From the NCBI GenBank assembly GCA_048938855.1, contig JBHLLT010000002.1:1-64000 (forward strand): a stretch of 64,000 bases of DNA, in the 5' to 3' direction. The translations under genes and the position numbers were made by a program. Origin of the DNA: Promethearchaeota archaeon. GTDB taxonomy: Archaea > Asgardarchaeota > Lokiarchaeia > Sigyniarchaeales > SOKP01. Under the pieces are notes generated by a model. The model was not told where the DNA came from. It searched no databases and saw nothing but the letters and a program-made list of their open reading frames with translations. Positions within the stretch are counted from its first letter, which is position 1. Every line of letters starts with the position of its first letter. This document shows, piece after piece, positions 20,350 through 30,241 of this stretch.

Positions 20350-21024
20350 TTGATGCAATTCGATCTACCCAGTCAAAGAGGAACACCATTAAGGAGAAAT
20401 AAATTTCAGTGGCTAAAAATAGAGATTGAGTCAAATAAATTAGATGATATTTTCCTTGTCAATGGAAATTCCTTTTATTTTAAGGGAATTTCAAATTCAA
20501 ATTTAAAAATCGCACCCAATTCTTACTATATGGTAATAAATAAAGGAATAGACTTAATTAGGCTCAATTTTAATCAAGATATTACCAACCATGAAATAAT
20601 ATATGATCCATATAAGTTTGAATCTTCAAAGAAGATTAATCTTGATGCTAGATTTTTTGAGCAAAATTATGATATACCTAAGGGCTATATTGATACACTT
20701 TCTAAATGGTATAGTTTTAAATTTACATATCCAAATTATAATTTGATTTTTTTAAAACCAGAATTTGGGCTTTCAATTCAACTTCATCACCACAGAAATG
20801 AATCTTGGGAAATTATTAAAGGAAAACCAATTGTTCTAAGTAAAAACAAATTGTATTATTTTGTGGAATCTAGTTCAGTTTTTCATCATCCAACAAATAC
20901 ATACCATACTATTATTAACCCGAACAAAAAAGTAGATAAATTTATTATTTTAAGAGAAAAATGGGATGGTTATTTTGATGAGAATGATATAGAAAGAGTT
21001 TATAATCCTAACCATTATCTATGA
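20350..21024 (+). CDS. Cupin-domain protein (mannose-6-phosphate isomerase type II C-terminal-like)
   Basis: LSIQLHHHRNESW..KG, H.I.NP, DENDIER. Confidence 0.65.
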   Translation: MMQFDLPSQRGTPLRRNKFQWLKIEIESNKLDDIFLVNGNSFYFKGISNSNLKIAPNSYYMVINKGIDLIRLNFNQDITNHEIIYDPYKFESSKKINLDARFFEQNYDIPKGYIDTLSKWYSFKFTYPNYNLIFLKPEFGLSIQLHHHRNESWEIIKGKPIVLSKNKLYYFVESSSVFHHPTNTYHTIINPNKKVDKFIILREKWDGYFDENDIERVYNPNHYL

Positions 21025-21047
21025 CTTTTTGTAATCATACAAAAAGT
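21024..21047. terminator. 10-bp inverted repeat directly after the stop codon (possible terminator hairpin)
   Basis: ACTTTTTGTA-atca-TACAAAAAGT. Confidence 0.35.
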
Positions 21048-21251
21048 AGACAAAAAACTCTCCATAAATTATAACTGAAAGGCAACTGAGAATCTCTTCA
21101 AAAATTCAACCTACACTTATAAGTTTTATGATTTTTGCTAGCTTAACCTAAAAGTTTAATTTCAATTAAACACTTAAAACCTTACCGTAATATAATATAC
21201 AAGAAAAAAATTACAGAATAATATAAATGGAATAAGTAGATTGGTTAGAAA

Positions 21252-21827
21252 ATGGCTCCAGATGAAGAATCTGATGAAAAAATATCAGAAGAAATGGAAG
21301 AACAACCTCAGAATGAATTAGAAAAAGACTCAGATTCAGAGAAAGAGACTGAAACTGAAACTAGAGATGAAGTTGAAGAAGATTTAAGTAGTAGAGGAGA
21401 AATAGATACAGAAGCAGAGTTAGATCGGTTAAGATTCAAATACAGAGGGTATACTCTTGAAGAATTGAAGAAAATGAATATGGATCAGTTCATTCAATTA
21501 TTACCAGCGAGAGCACGACGATCTTTAAAACGAGGTTTACCTCCTAGACAAAAGAAATTACTCGAACGATTAAGACGGGCTTATAGAGCAAAAAAAAGAG
21601 GAAAAGATCTACTTACAAGAACTCATGTAAGGGATATGGTAATCTTCCCAGAAATGGTAGGTCTTAAAATCGGGATTTATAATGGTAGAATTTTTGAAGT
21701 TGTTGATATAAAACCAGAAATGATAGGTCATTATCTGGGAGAATTTTCAATAACTAGAAAACGGGTACAGCACGGATCACCGGGTATAGGAGCCACAAGA
21801 AGCTCAAAATACGTTCCATTAAAGTAA
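21252..21827 (+). CDS. rps19: Ribosomal protein uS19 with acidic N-terminal extension
   Basis: [42 protein letters not shown]. Confidence 0.97.
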   Translation: MAPDEESDEKISEEMEEQPQNELEKDSDSEKETETETRDEVEEDLSSRGEIDTEAELDRLRFKYRGYTLEELKKMNMDQFIQLLPARARRSLKRGLPPRQKKLLERLRRAYRAKKRGKDLLTRTHVRDMVIFPEMVGLKIGIYNGRIFEVVDIKPEMIGHYLGEFSITRKRVQHGSPGIGATRSSKYVPLK

Positions 21828-21856
21828 TATTTATAAAAAAATTGAGTTGATTAATA

Positions 21857-22336
21857 GTGCCAACTTGGGGTTATTCCTTTACAGAACAAAAGTATGATAT
21901 AGATAGAATAGCAAAAGCATCTGGTAGAGATATCAGAATTAAGCCAAAACAAGCAAGAGAAATTTGTGCCGTAATAAAGGGAATGAAAGTGGATCAAGCA
22001 AAAACCTATTTAGAAAAAGTAATTCGGTTAGAACAATCAGTACCTTTTAGACGATATAAGAAGAAAGTAGCTCATAGAAGCGATTTAAAACAATTTAAAT
22101 GGTATGCTGGGCGGTATCCTCAAAAAGCAGCAGCAAGAATTTATGAAATTCTCACATCTGTAGAATCAAATGCAGAATATAAAGGTTTAGACATCGATCT
22201 CTGTAGAATTATTCATGCTGCAACACATAGAGGAAGAATAATAAAAAGATACGTTCCACGTGCTCGTGGTCGTAGTACTGCAAAATTTAAGTACTTATCA
22301 CATGTAGAAATTGTCATTTATGAATTCCCAAGTTAA
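21857..22336 (+). CDS. rpl22: Ribosomal protein uL22
   Basis: VPFRRYKKKVAHR, GRYPQKAA, PRARGR; operon position. Confidence 0.97.
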   Translation: MPTWGYSFTEQKYDIDRIAKASGRDIRIKPKQAREICAVIKGMKVDQAKTYLEKVIRLEQSVPFRRYKKKVAHRSDLKQFKWYAGRYPQKAAARIYEILTSVESNAEYKGLDIDLCRIIHAATHRGRIIKRYVPRARGRSTAKFKYLSHVEIVIYEFPS

Positions 22337-22384
22337 ATAAAAAATGGATATGGATAATAATAAATTGTAGATAAATGAGAAAAT

Positions 22385-23167
22385 ATGAGCCCATTAGTAA
22401 AAAATTTCATTGAACAAGGGATTAAATTGATGCAAATAAACGAATACTTACGCTCAGAGTTGATTCGTGCTGGATTTGCAGGTGTAGAGTTACAACGTAC
22501 TCCACTTGGAGTGAGAATAACGTTGAAGACAAGTCGGCCCGGACTCGTGATTGGTAAAGGGGGAAAACGTATTCAAGAGATAACAGACGTTTTACAAGAT
22601 AGGTTCGGTTTGGAAATGCCTCAGATAGAAGTTGAAGAGGTTGCAGAACCAGATCTTGATGCTCAAATTATGGCAGAGAGATTAGCGTATAGTTTAGATA
22701 GAGGAAGACACTATAGAAGAGCCGGGTATTATATTTTAAGGAAAGTAATGGATGCTGGGGCACGTGGAGTGGAAATTATTATTTCAGGAAAAGTCACTTC
22801 TCAAAGGGCAAGAACACAAATCTTTCGAGCTGGTACTATGTCTAAAAGTGGTCAACCCGCTCAAGAAGGGGTTGATAAAGGTGTTGCTCAGTGTATTCAA
22901 AAATCAGGTGTATTAGGAGTAATTGTAAAGATAATGCGTGCAAATACAAAAATGGGAGATGATATTAAAATCAATGATAAACTTTTATCAAAAGCTCAAA
23001 CAGAAAAAGTAGCAAAATCTACAAAGACACGAGCAGAATATTTAATAGAAGCAAAAGAAGGAGTATTGCCTAAAGAGGATAAAGAATTACTTGATGAAGT
23101 TGATGAGGGAGAAATATCGGAGATTTCCTTAATCCCAAATAATGAAGATGAAGAACAAGAACCATAA
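22385..23167 (+). CDS. rps3: Ribosomal protein uS3 with acidic C-terminal tail
   Basis: RPGLVIGKGG KH motif, GARGVEIIISGK. Confidence 0.97.
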   Translation: MSPLVKNFIEQGIKLMQINEYLRSELIRAGFAGVELQRTPLGVRITLKTSRPGLVIGKGGKRIQEITDVLQDRFGLEMPQIEVEEVAEPDLDAQIMAERLAYSLDRGRHYRRAGYYILRKVMDAGARGVEIIISGKVTSQRARTQIFRAGTMSKSGQPAQEGVDKGVAQCIQKSGVLGVIVKIMRANTKMGDDIKINDKLLSKAQTEKVAKSTKTRAEYLIEAKEGVLPKEDKELLDEVDEGEISEISLIPNNEDEEQEP

Positions 23168-23204
23168 AAGGAATAATATTCAAATAATAATGATGTGATG
23201 AGGT

Positions 23205-23402
23205 ATGGATATCTTAACAGCCAAAAAAATACGCGAAATGGATGATAGAGAAAGAGAAAGAGCTTTAATTACTTTAAGAGAAGAACTCATGATGCTTTAT
23301 TCAATGCAAACCGGAGGAGGACTTTCGGATAACCCTGCTAAGTCAAAAATATTAAGAAAGCAAATAGCAAGATTACTTACAATAATGAACGAAGAACGAT
23401 GA
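23205..23402 (+). CDS. rpl29: Ribosomal protein uL29
   Basis: IREM...NPAK.K.LRKQIARLLT. Confidence 0.95.
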   Translation: MDILTAKKIREMDDRERERALITLREELMMLYSMQTGGGLSDNPAKSKILRKQIARLLTIMNEER

Positions 23403-23716
23403 TGGAAGATCCAAGATTTCTGATATACCATGATTTGATTGGCATAAATACCTTTGCTAAACCCAAATCAAAATTAAAAGATAAAAAATTCTTACATATT
23501 GGCATTGTGATTGACGAAACAAGAGATATGATAATTACAGAAAAAAATGATAAAATTAAGAAGTATATTAAAAAAGATTATATATTTAGGTTTGAAATTT
23601 CACACTTCATGGATGATGAAGTGAAATATCATTTAGAAGTAGAAGGTAATAGAATAGTCGGACTTCCTGTAAATAGATTAAGAAGTCTAAAGAAAAAGAG
23701 ATGGTTAAAAATATGA
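23399..23716 (+). CDS. rnp1: RNase P protein subunit Rpp29
   Basis: HDLIG, GIVIDET.DM, VEG..I...P..RL; conserved position between L29 and S17. Confidence 0.88.
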   Translation: MMEDPRFLIYHDLIGINTFAKPKSKLKDKKFLHIGIVIDETRDMIITEKNDKIKKYIKKDYIFRFEISHFMDDEVKYHLEVEGNRIVGLPVNRLRSLKKKRWLKI

Positions 23717-24054
23717 GTCGAAATATTGGTATCCCTGGTGTTGTACCTCCTAAAAGTAAGGCTGAAGATTGCAAGGATCAAGATTGTCCATTTCATGGTA
23801 CTACAAGAATTAGGGGAAAGATTACAAAAGGAATCATCGTAAGTAAAAAATCAAAAAATACTGTCATTATTAGAAGAGATTATGTTCAATTTATTAAAAA
23901 ATATCAAAGATATGAGCGTCGAAATACAAGGTTAGCTTGCCATTTACCAGAGTGTTTAATACATGAAGTCGAATTAGGAGATCTAGTAAGAATAGGAGAA
24001 TCTCGAAAATTATCTAAAACAAAATCATTTATAGTATTAGGGAAGGTGGTTTAG
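23701..24054 (+). CDS. rps17: Ribosomal protein uS17 (true start probably ATG 23713)
   Basis: RNIGIP, CPFHG, KYQRYERR, GESRKLSKTKSF. Confidence 0.97.
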   Translation: MVKNMSRNIGIPGVVPPKSKAEDCKDQDCPFHGTTRIRGKITKGIIVSKKSKNTVIIRRDYVQFIKKYQRYERRNTRLACHLPECLIHEVELGDLVRIGESRKLSKTKSFIVLGKVV

Positions 24055-24480
24055 TTGGGTACCAGAAGGAAAATGGGAAGAAAAACATACATCAAACCAA
24101 GAACAAGTTATGGATTATGTAATGGATCAAGGATTATCATTACTGATAATTCTGGAGCAAAAATTGCTCAAATCATTAATGTAGATGGTTTTAAAACCCG
24201 ACTAAGGAGATTACCAAAAGCTTCCGTGGGTAGTGTATGTACAGTCACAATAAAAAAAGGAAAACCAGAATTAAGAGGTAATATAGTAAAAGCTGTAATA
24301 GTACGACAAAAAATGATTTACAGGCGACTAGATGGCTCTAGACTCTGTTTTGAAGATAATGCGGGCGTTATTATAACAAAAGATGGTGAGGTCAAGGGAA
24401 CAGAGATAAGAGGCCCAGTCGCAAGAGAAGCAGCTGAAAGGTTCCCAAGAATCGCCTCAATTTCATCATTAATAATATAA
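24055..24480 (+). CDS. rpl14: Ribosomal protein uL14
   Basis: DNSGAK, FEDNAGVI, KGTEIRGPVAREAA. Confidence 0.97.
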   Translation: MGTRRKMGRKTYIKPRTSYGLCNGSRIIITDNSGAKIAQIINVDGFKTRLRRLPKASVGSVCTVTIKKGKPELRGNIVKAVIVRQKMIYRRLDGSRLCFEDNAGVIITKDGEVKGTEIRGPVAREAAERFPRIASISSLII

Positions 24481-24494
24481 TTGGATGATTAAAT

Positions 24495-24923
24495 ATGAAA
24501 GCTGAATCACGAAAACCAAGAAAACAAAGAAAAGCTCTCTATAACTATAGTAATAATCAACGGTCAAAATTGCTTAGTACAAGAGTAGCAGATTTTCTCC
24601 GTGATGAATATGGGATTAAAAAGCTTCCCCTTAGAGTTGGTGACCATGTAAGAATAACACATGGCGAATTTACTGATTTTGAAGGTGAGGTAATTGAAAT
24701 CACTAAAGATCAGCGAGCTAAGATTAAAGAAGCGCAATTTGAGAAAACTGATGGTACTCAATTTCATCCTCCGATTCATATATCAAATTTAATAATTACA
24801 AAATTTACTAAAGAGAAGAAAATGGATCCATGGCGAGCAAATATGATTGAGAGAAAAGCTTTATATGGATTTTATAAAGAAGAACTAAAAGGTCCAAAAA
24901 AAGAAAAAGAGGTTGAGAAATAA
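24495..24923 (+). CDS. rpl24: Ribosomal protein uL24
   Basis: SRKPRKQRK, PLRVGD.V.I..G KOW motif, IHISNL.IT. Confidence 0.96.
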   Translation: MKAESRKPRKQRKALYNYSNNQRSKLLSTRVADFLRDEYGIKKLPLRVGDHVRITHGEFTDFEGEVIEITKDQRAKIKEAQFEKTDGTQFHPPIHISNLIITKFTKEKKMDPWRANMIERKALYGFYKEELKGPKKEKEVEK

Positions 24924-24926
24924 AAA

Positions 24927-25679
24927 ATGACTAGGCACGGTGGTCAAAAAGTATTAAAGAGACTTAATACTCCTGCTTATCTACAAATTAAAAGAAAGCA
25001 CGGGACATTTTTTGTAAAACCAACACCAGGTCCTCATTCTAGCAGATTTTGTTTACCTTTGCTACATATCGTTAGAGATTTACTTACTATTGTGGATACC
25101 CACAAGGAGGCTAAAAAGCTTATTGGGTTAGGTTATTTTAAAATTGATGGGAAAATTGTAAGAAATAAATCATACCCCGTAGGATTGATGGATGTTATAT
25201 CCATAGACAAAATGAATAAATATTATAGAATTTTACCAGATTCTCATCATGGTCTAATACTCCATGAAATATCTGAAGAAGAAAGTAAATATAAATTATG
25301 TAGAATTAATAATAAAACCACTGTCAAGGGAGGTAATATTCAACTAAATCTTCATGATGGAAGAAATATTTTGATTAATATTCAGGATCCAAGAATTCCT
25401 AAAGAAGACAAATACAAGAGGATGGATGTTCTTAAAATCTCTATTCCTGAGCAAGAAATTCAAAAAATATTAAAATTTAAAGAAAAAAATACTGCTATCA
25501 TTATGTCTGGAAAAAATATTGGACAAGTTGGAAAAATTATCAATATAGTAAAAAGATTTGGCCCCAAAGCCAGTACAGTTTCAATTCAGCATAATGGTAG
25601 TCACACAGAGACATTATATGATTATACATTTATTATTGGAGAAGAAAATTCTGAGATCAATTTACCTATTGAAAGCTAA
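24927..25679 (+). CDS. rps4e: Ribosomal protein eS4
   Basis: LKRL..P, P.PGPH, PVGLMDVI, QLNLHDGRN. Confidence 0.97.
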   Translation: MTRHGGQKVLKRLNTPAYLQIKRKHGTFFVKPTPGPHSSRFCLPLLHIVRDLLTIVDTHKEAKKLIGLGYFKIDGKIVRNKSYPVGLMDVISIDKMNKYYRILPDSHHGLILHEISEEESKYKLCRINNKTTVKGGNIQLNLHDGRNILINIQDPRIPKEDKYKRMDVLKISIPEQEIQKILKFKEKNTAIIMSGKNIGQVGKIINIVKRFGPKASTVSIQHNGSHTETLYDYTFIIGEENSEINLPIES

Positions 25680-25695
25680 ATAGATAAAATTAGAT

Positions 25696-26298
25696 GTGAA
25701 AATTATGTCGAGTAAAATACAAAAAAAGACACCAGATAATCTCTCAAAAGAATTTGATGAGAAATGGAAAAATCCAATGAAAAGGCCATACTTAGAAAAA
25801 ATGGTTCTAAATATTGGTGTCGGAGTTGGTGGAGAGGAGTTAGAAAAAGCAGTAACAGTTTTAGAGACTATTGCAGATCAAAAAGCAGTAAAAACAGTCT
25901 CAAAAACAAATGTAAAAGAATTTAATCTAAGAAAAGGCCGTCCAATAGGAGCAAAAGTAACTGTTAGGGGGAAAAATGCAGAAAAATTGCTAAAAAAATT
26001 GTTAATAGTCAATAATAATAAAATATTAAGAAAAAGTTTTGATGATTATGGAAATTTTGGATTTGGAATTACTGAACATATTTCTATACCTGGGATTGAA
26101 TATGATAATAGAATTGGAATATGGGGATTAGATTGTGTTGGTAGAATAATAAAACCAGGTATGAGAGTAAAATCTAGAAGAAAATCTCGAACTAAAGTTC
26201 CTAGTCATCATTACGTATCGCGTGAAGAGGCTCAATATTTTTTAAAACAAAATTATAGTGTTCAAATAGTAGACAAGTTAGATTTAGAGTTTATATGA
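25696..26298 (+). CDS. rpl5: Ribosomal protein uL5
   Basis: NPMK...KMVLNIGVG, PIGAKVTVRG, FD..GNFGFGI.EHI. Confidence 0.97.
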   Translation: MKIMSSKIQKKTPDNLSKEFDEKWKNPMKRPYLEKMVLNIGVGVGGEELEKAVTVLETIADQKAVKTVSKTNVKEFNLRKGRPIGAKVTVRGKNAEKLLKKLLIVNNNKILRKSFDDYGNFGFGITEHISIPGIEYDNRIGIWGLDCVGRIIKPGMRVKSRRKSRTKVPSHHYVSREEAQYFLKQNYSVQIVDKLDLEFI

Positions 26299-26317
26299 TT
26301 AAATAAGGTGAAATAAG

Positions 26318-26467
26318 ATACCACAAGGCAAGCATTATGGAAAAGGAGTTCGTGAATGTAGACGATGTCATACTCATAGAGGTATAATTAGACGCTATGG
26401 TCTATATATTTGTCGTAGATGTTTCTATGAAATAGGAAAAGATATTGGATTTAAAAGATTTGAATGA
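26318..26467 (+). CDS. rps14: Ribosomal protein uS14 (zinc-binding), 49 aa, apparent AUA start; not in ORF track
   Basis: Own translation: (I/M)[48 protein letters not shown]; lies between L5 and S8; GGTGA 6 nt before ATA. Confidence 0.95.
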   Translation: MPQGKHYGKGVRECRRCHTHRGIIRRYGLYICRRCFYEIGKDIGFKRFE

Positions 26468-26505
26468 AAATTAAATTGGAAAAAATAAGAAAAGGGTGAG
26501 TATTA

Positions 26506-26889
26506 ATGACAAATACAATAGCAGATGCATGTTGTGCTCTTAAAAATGCAGAAAAAGCACGAAAAACAGAAGTAGTGATAAGTCCAGCCTCCAAAGTTCT
26601 ACAACAAATTTTCCGAATATTTCAAAGGCATGCATATATTGGTGAATTCGAAAGATACGATGATGGACGTCAGGGTAAATTCAAAATTGCCTTATTAGGT
26701 AAAATTAATGATTGTGCGGGATTAATGAGGTTAAATTATAAAACCTCTCAGTTTGAATTATTGGAAAGAAAATTATTACCGGCACCCGGATTAGGATTAA
26801 TAATAATGACCACAAATCAAGGAATTATGACCATGAGAGAAGCGGAAGAAAGGAATATTGGTGGTCATACATTATGTTATATCTATTGA
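26506..26889 (+). CDS. rps8: Ribosomal protein uS8
   Basis: YIGEFE..DDGRQGK, LLPA..LG.II.TT.QGIM. Confidence 0.96.
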   Translation: MTNTIADACCALKNAEKARKTEVVISPASKVLQQIFRIFQRHAYIGEFERYDDGRQGKFKIALLGKINDCAGLMRLNYKTSQFELLERKLLPAPGLGLIIMTTNQGIMTMREAEERNIGGHTLCYIY

Positions 26890-26911
26890 ATTATTATAAA
26901 GTGAAGAATTT

Positions 26912-27490
26912 ATGGTAAAAATAGCATTCTTTAAGGAAGAATTGGAAATTCCCAAAGGAGTAAAAGTTACTCTGGAAGGTGGCCATAATATTAGGGTAAA
27001 AGGTCCAAATGGAGATATTACTAAAGATTTCTCACATGTCAGAGGTATTTTGGTTTCTATCGAAGGGAATAAAATCAATTTTTCTACTAATTTTCCAAAA
27101 AGTGGTACCCTTGCATTAATTAAAACTATAGTAAGTATTATAAATAATCTAATAATTGGAGTTCAAACTAATTATAAATATATATCAAAAATCTGTTATT
27201 CACATTTTCCTTGTAATTGTGAAGTCAAATCCGATAAACAGGAGATTCATATAATAAATTTCCTTGGGGAGAGAGCTCCTAGAAAAGCAAACTATCCTAA
27301 AAATGTAGAAGTGGAAGTGAAAGGAGATGATGTATACTTCATCGGGCCGGATAAAGAACTATTAGGGCAAGCTGCGGCAAATGTTAAAAGAGCTTGTCGT
27401 ATTAGAAAAAAAGATCCTCGAGTCTTTCAAGATGGAGTCTATTTATATAAAAAAATGCTAGGAGAAGAAGTTATCTGGGAAATACAATAG
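26912..27490 (+). CDS. rpl6: Ribosomal protein uL6
   Basis: YSHFP, NFLGERAPR, KDPRVFQDGVY. Confidence 0.97.
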   Translation: MVKIAFFKEELEIPKGVKVTLEGGHNIRVKGPNGDITKDFSHVRGILVSIEGNKINFSTNFPKSGTLALIKTIVSIINNLIIGVQTNYKYISKICYSHFPCNCEVKSDKQEIHIINFLGERAPRKANYPKNVEVEVKGDDVYFIGPDKELLGQAAANVKRACRIRKKDPRVFQDGVYLYKKMLGEEVIWEIQ

Positions 27491-27505
27491 ATTGAGGTTA
27501 TTATT

Positions 27506-27997
27506 ATGGCACAAGATAAACGATTATTGGAACTTAGGAAAAGAATTAATAAAAAAAGACCTTCGTTTAGGCGAGTTGAATCTTGGAGATATAAAAGGGT
27601 TTCAGATTCATGGAGAAAAGCGAGAGGAATTGACTCAAATACTCGGAAGAAAAAGAAATCGGGGATTAAATCACCTACAGTTGGATATAGAAATCCAAAA
27701 AAAATAAGAGGTTTACATCCATCTGGTTATGAAGAAGTCCGAGTAACCACATTTCAAGACTTAAAAAGTTTAAATAAAAACCAGCATGCAATTAAGATCT
27801 CTAGTAGGTTAGGATCCAAAAAACGTATTGCTCTTATCGATTATTGTCAAAGAAGAGGATTTAAGATATTAAACCTTGGAATTTCCCAAAAAGAACTTGA
27901 AAGATTAGAAGCAATAACCGAGGCACCTCTATCTGATATGGAGGATGAGGAATTTTTGGATATTGATGAATTAGAAGATGCTTTAGAGGGAGAATAA
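27506..27997 (+). CDS. rpl32e: Ribosomal protein eL32 with acidic C-terminal tail
   Basis: KRPSFRR, WRKARGIDS, GYRNP..IRGLHPSG. Confidence 0.97.
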   Translation: MAQDKRLLELRKRINKKRPSFRRVESWRYKRVSDSWRKARGIDSNTRKKKKSGIKSPTVGYRNPKKIRGLHPSGYEEVRVTTFQDLKSLNKNQHAIKISSRLGSKKRIALIDYCQRRGFKILNLGISQKELERLEAITEAPLSDMEDEEFLDIDELEDALEGE

Positions 27998-27998
27998 T

Positions 27999-28460
27999 AT
28001 GAACTTAAAACCACAAAAAAGAATGGCTGCTGAGATTCTCAAGTGTGGTGAGAATCGAGTCTATTTTGATCCTTATCTAATTGAAGACATTTCATTAGCT
28101 ATAACACGTGAGGATGTTCGTAATTTAATAAAACAAGGAGCAATTCAAAAAAAATATAAACAAGGTAATTCTAAATACAGAAAAAATCTTCGCCATGAAA
28201 GAAAGAAGAAAGGAAGAGCAAGGGGTTTAGGTAGAAGAAAAGGAACAAAATATGCTAGAACGCCAAAGAAAAGAGCTTGGATAAGGCGAATTCGTCCAAT
28301 TAGAAGAGAGTTGAAAAAACTTCGGGATCGAAAACTAATTACTAACGCCAATTATCGAAAGTTATATAAAAATGCTAAAGGTGGAATGTTCGTTAGTGTA
28401 GCACAATTGAATAGATATATTAAAGAGAAAGAATTAATAAGACGAGGAAGAGGACGATAA
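27999..28460 (+). CDS. rpl19e: Ribosomal protein eL19
   Basis: QKRMAAEILKCGENRV, ITREDVR.LI, YRKLY..AKGG.F. Confidence 0.97.
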   Translation: MNLKPQKRMAAEILKCGENRVYFDPYLIEDISLAITREDVRNLIKQGAIQKKYKQGNSKYRKNLRHERKKKGRARGLGRRKGTKYARTPKKRAWIRRIRPIRRELKKLRDRKLITNANYRKLYKNAKGGMFVSVAQLNRYIKEKELIRRGRGR

Positions 28461-28462
28461 AT

Positions 28463-29056
28463 ATGGCAAGAGGACCAAAGTATAAAAGAGCAATGCGACG
28501 TCGTGATGAGGGTAAAACAGATTATCACAAGAGGTTAAAATTACTAAAATCTAGAAAATTAAGAGTAGTGGTTCGAGCAACTAACAATCACACAAGAGTT
28601 CAAATTATTCAATCTAAATTAGGAGGAGATAAAGTCTTAATTTCCGCTTTCTCAAAAGAATTACCCGTAAAGTTTAACTGGAATGCAAACACAGGAAACG
28701 TTCCAGCAGCATACTTGACAGGGTATTTAGCCGGGATGAGAGCAAAAAGTAAAAATATCCAAGAAGGGATTTTTGATTTAGGCATTTTTTATCATAGAAA
28801 TCGAGTACTTGCTGCGTGTAAAGGAGTAATTGATTCAGGAATTAATATTCCCTACCGTGAAGAATTTTTTCCAGAAAATTTAGAAGATAGAGCTAAAGGT
28901 ACTCACATTGAAGATTACGCAAAAACTTTAAAATCTAATGAACCAGAAAAGTATGAAAAATTATTTTCTGGTTACATAAATAAGAATAAGGTTAATCCAC
29001 AGAAAATTAGCCAACTTTTTTCAAATTCATTAAAATTAATAAATAATAAAGCTTAA
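28463..29056 (+). CDS. rpl18: Ribosomal protein uL18
   Basis: MARGP.Y...RRR.EGKTDY..R, N.PAAYLTG. Confidence 0.97.
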   Translation: MARGPKYKRAMRRRDEGKTDYHKRLKLLKSRKLRVVVRATNNHTRVQIIQSKLGGDKVLISAFSKELPVKFNWNANTGNVPAAYLTGYLAGMRAKSKNIQEGIFDLGIFYHRNRVLAACKGVIDSGINIPYREEFFPENLEDRAKGTHIEDYAKTLKSNEPEKYEKLFSGYINKNKVNPQKISQLFSNSLKLINNKA

Positions 29057-29070
29057 AGAAGTGTAAAACA

Positions 29071-29685
29071 ATGAGTCGATTAAGAAGTGTTGAGGAGGAA
29101 TGGTCTCCTAAAACCAAACTGGGTGAACTTGTAAAGCAAGGGCTCATTACTCTAGATAAAATCTTTCAAAATAATCTTGTGGTAAAAGAAAAAGAAATTA
29201 TTGACATTCTCTTGCCACAATTACGTGAAGATGTTATCACAATTCGTATGGTACAAAAAATGACTGCGAGCGGTCAAAGAAGCCGATTTAAAGCAGTTGT
29301 AATTGTAGGAGCAGACGGTTTTCTGGGGGTTGGGGCATCAAAAAGTAAAGAAGTTGGTCCTGCTATCAGAAAAGCTATTGATAAAGCAAAACTATCTGTA
29401 GTTCCTATTATGAGAGGATGCGGAAGTGGGGAATGTGGGTGTGGTGGCACTCATAGTATTCCATTTAAAATAGAAGGAAAATGTGGCTCTGTTAAAATGC
29501 GGTTAATCCCTGCTCCTGCAGGAGTTGGGTTAGCATGTGCGGATAAAGTCAAACAAGTATTAAGATTATGTGGAATTGAAGATATTTGGAGTAAAACTTT
29601 TGGTGATACAAGAACAAGTGAGAACCTAGTGAAAGCTACGTTTGATGCCTTAAAGAATGCACATAAATTAAATGTTAATTTGTAA
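29071..29685 (+). CDS. rps5: Ribosomal protein uS5
   Basis: W.PKTKLG.LV, VQKMT.SGQR.RF, GKCGSV...LIPAP.G.G. Confidence 0.97.
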   Translation: MSRLRSVEEEWSPKTKLGELVKQGLITLDKIFQNNLVVKEKEIIDILLPQLREDVITIRMVQKMTASGQRSRFKAVVIVGADGFLGVGASKSKEVGPAIRKAIDKAKLSVVPIMRGCGSGECGCGGTHSIPFKIEGKCGSVKMRLIPAPAGVGLACADKVKQVLRLCGIEDIWSKTFGDTRTSENLVKATFDALKNAHKLNVNL

Positions 29686-29702
29686 ATACGAGTGGTGTAT
29701 AG

Positions 29703-30227
29703 ATGGCTATGGCAAAAAAAAAGTCAAAAATTAACGAGATGGAATCAATCCCGAAACTATATTTTGCAATTCGTATTCGAGGAGCTCCTGGGATGAGGAG
29801 AAAAATATTGGATACATTAAAAATGCTCAGAATGCATAAATTAAATCATGGTGTTCTCATTTGGGGAACTCCTTCATATAAGGGAATGCTTGTTAAATGT
29901 AAAGATTATATTTCTTATGGAGAAATTGATGAAAAAACCTTGATCCGATTATTAAGAGTAAGAGGCAGAATCGAAGGTAATCAAACTTTAACGGAGGAAT
30001 ACATAAAAAACCTTACTAAATATAGGAATTTCAGAGAGCTGGCAAAAGCTTTGATTAATGGAGAAATTCAATATCGAGAAAAGGATATATATAAAATTAA
30101 ACCAGTTTTTCGATTACATCCACCCAGAAAAGGACATTGTGGGACGATAAAGAAGCATTATAATGAAGGGGGAACCCTCGGCAATGTTGGAATTTATATT
30201 AATGAATTAATTCATAAAATGCTATAA
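29703..30227 (+). CDS. rpl30: Ribosomal protein uL30
   Basis: AIRIRG, TL.MLR, FRLHPPRKG, INELI.KM. Confidence 0.96.
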   Translation: MAMAKKKSKINEMESIPKLYFAIRIRGAPGMRRKILDTLKMLRMHKLNHGVLIWGTPSYKGMLVKCKDYISYGEIDEKTLIRLLRVRGRIEGNQTLTEEYIKNLTKYRNFRELAKALINGEIQYREKDIYKIKPVFRLHPPRKGHCGTIKKHYNEGGTLGNVGIYINELIHKML

Positions 30228-30241
30228 TCTTAAGGTGAGTA

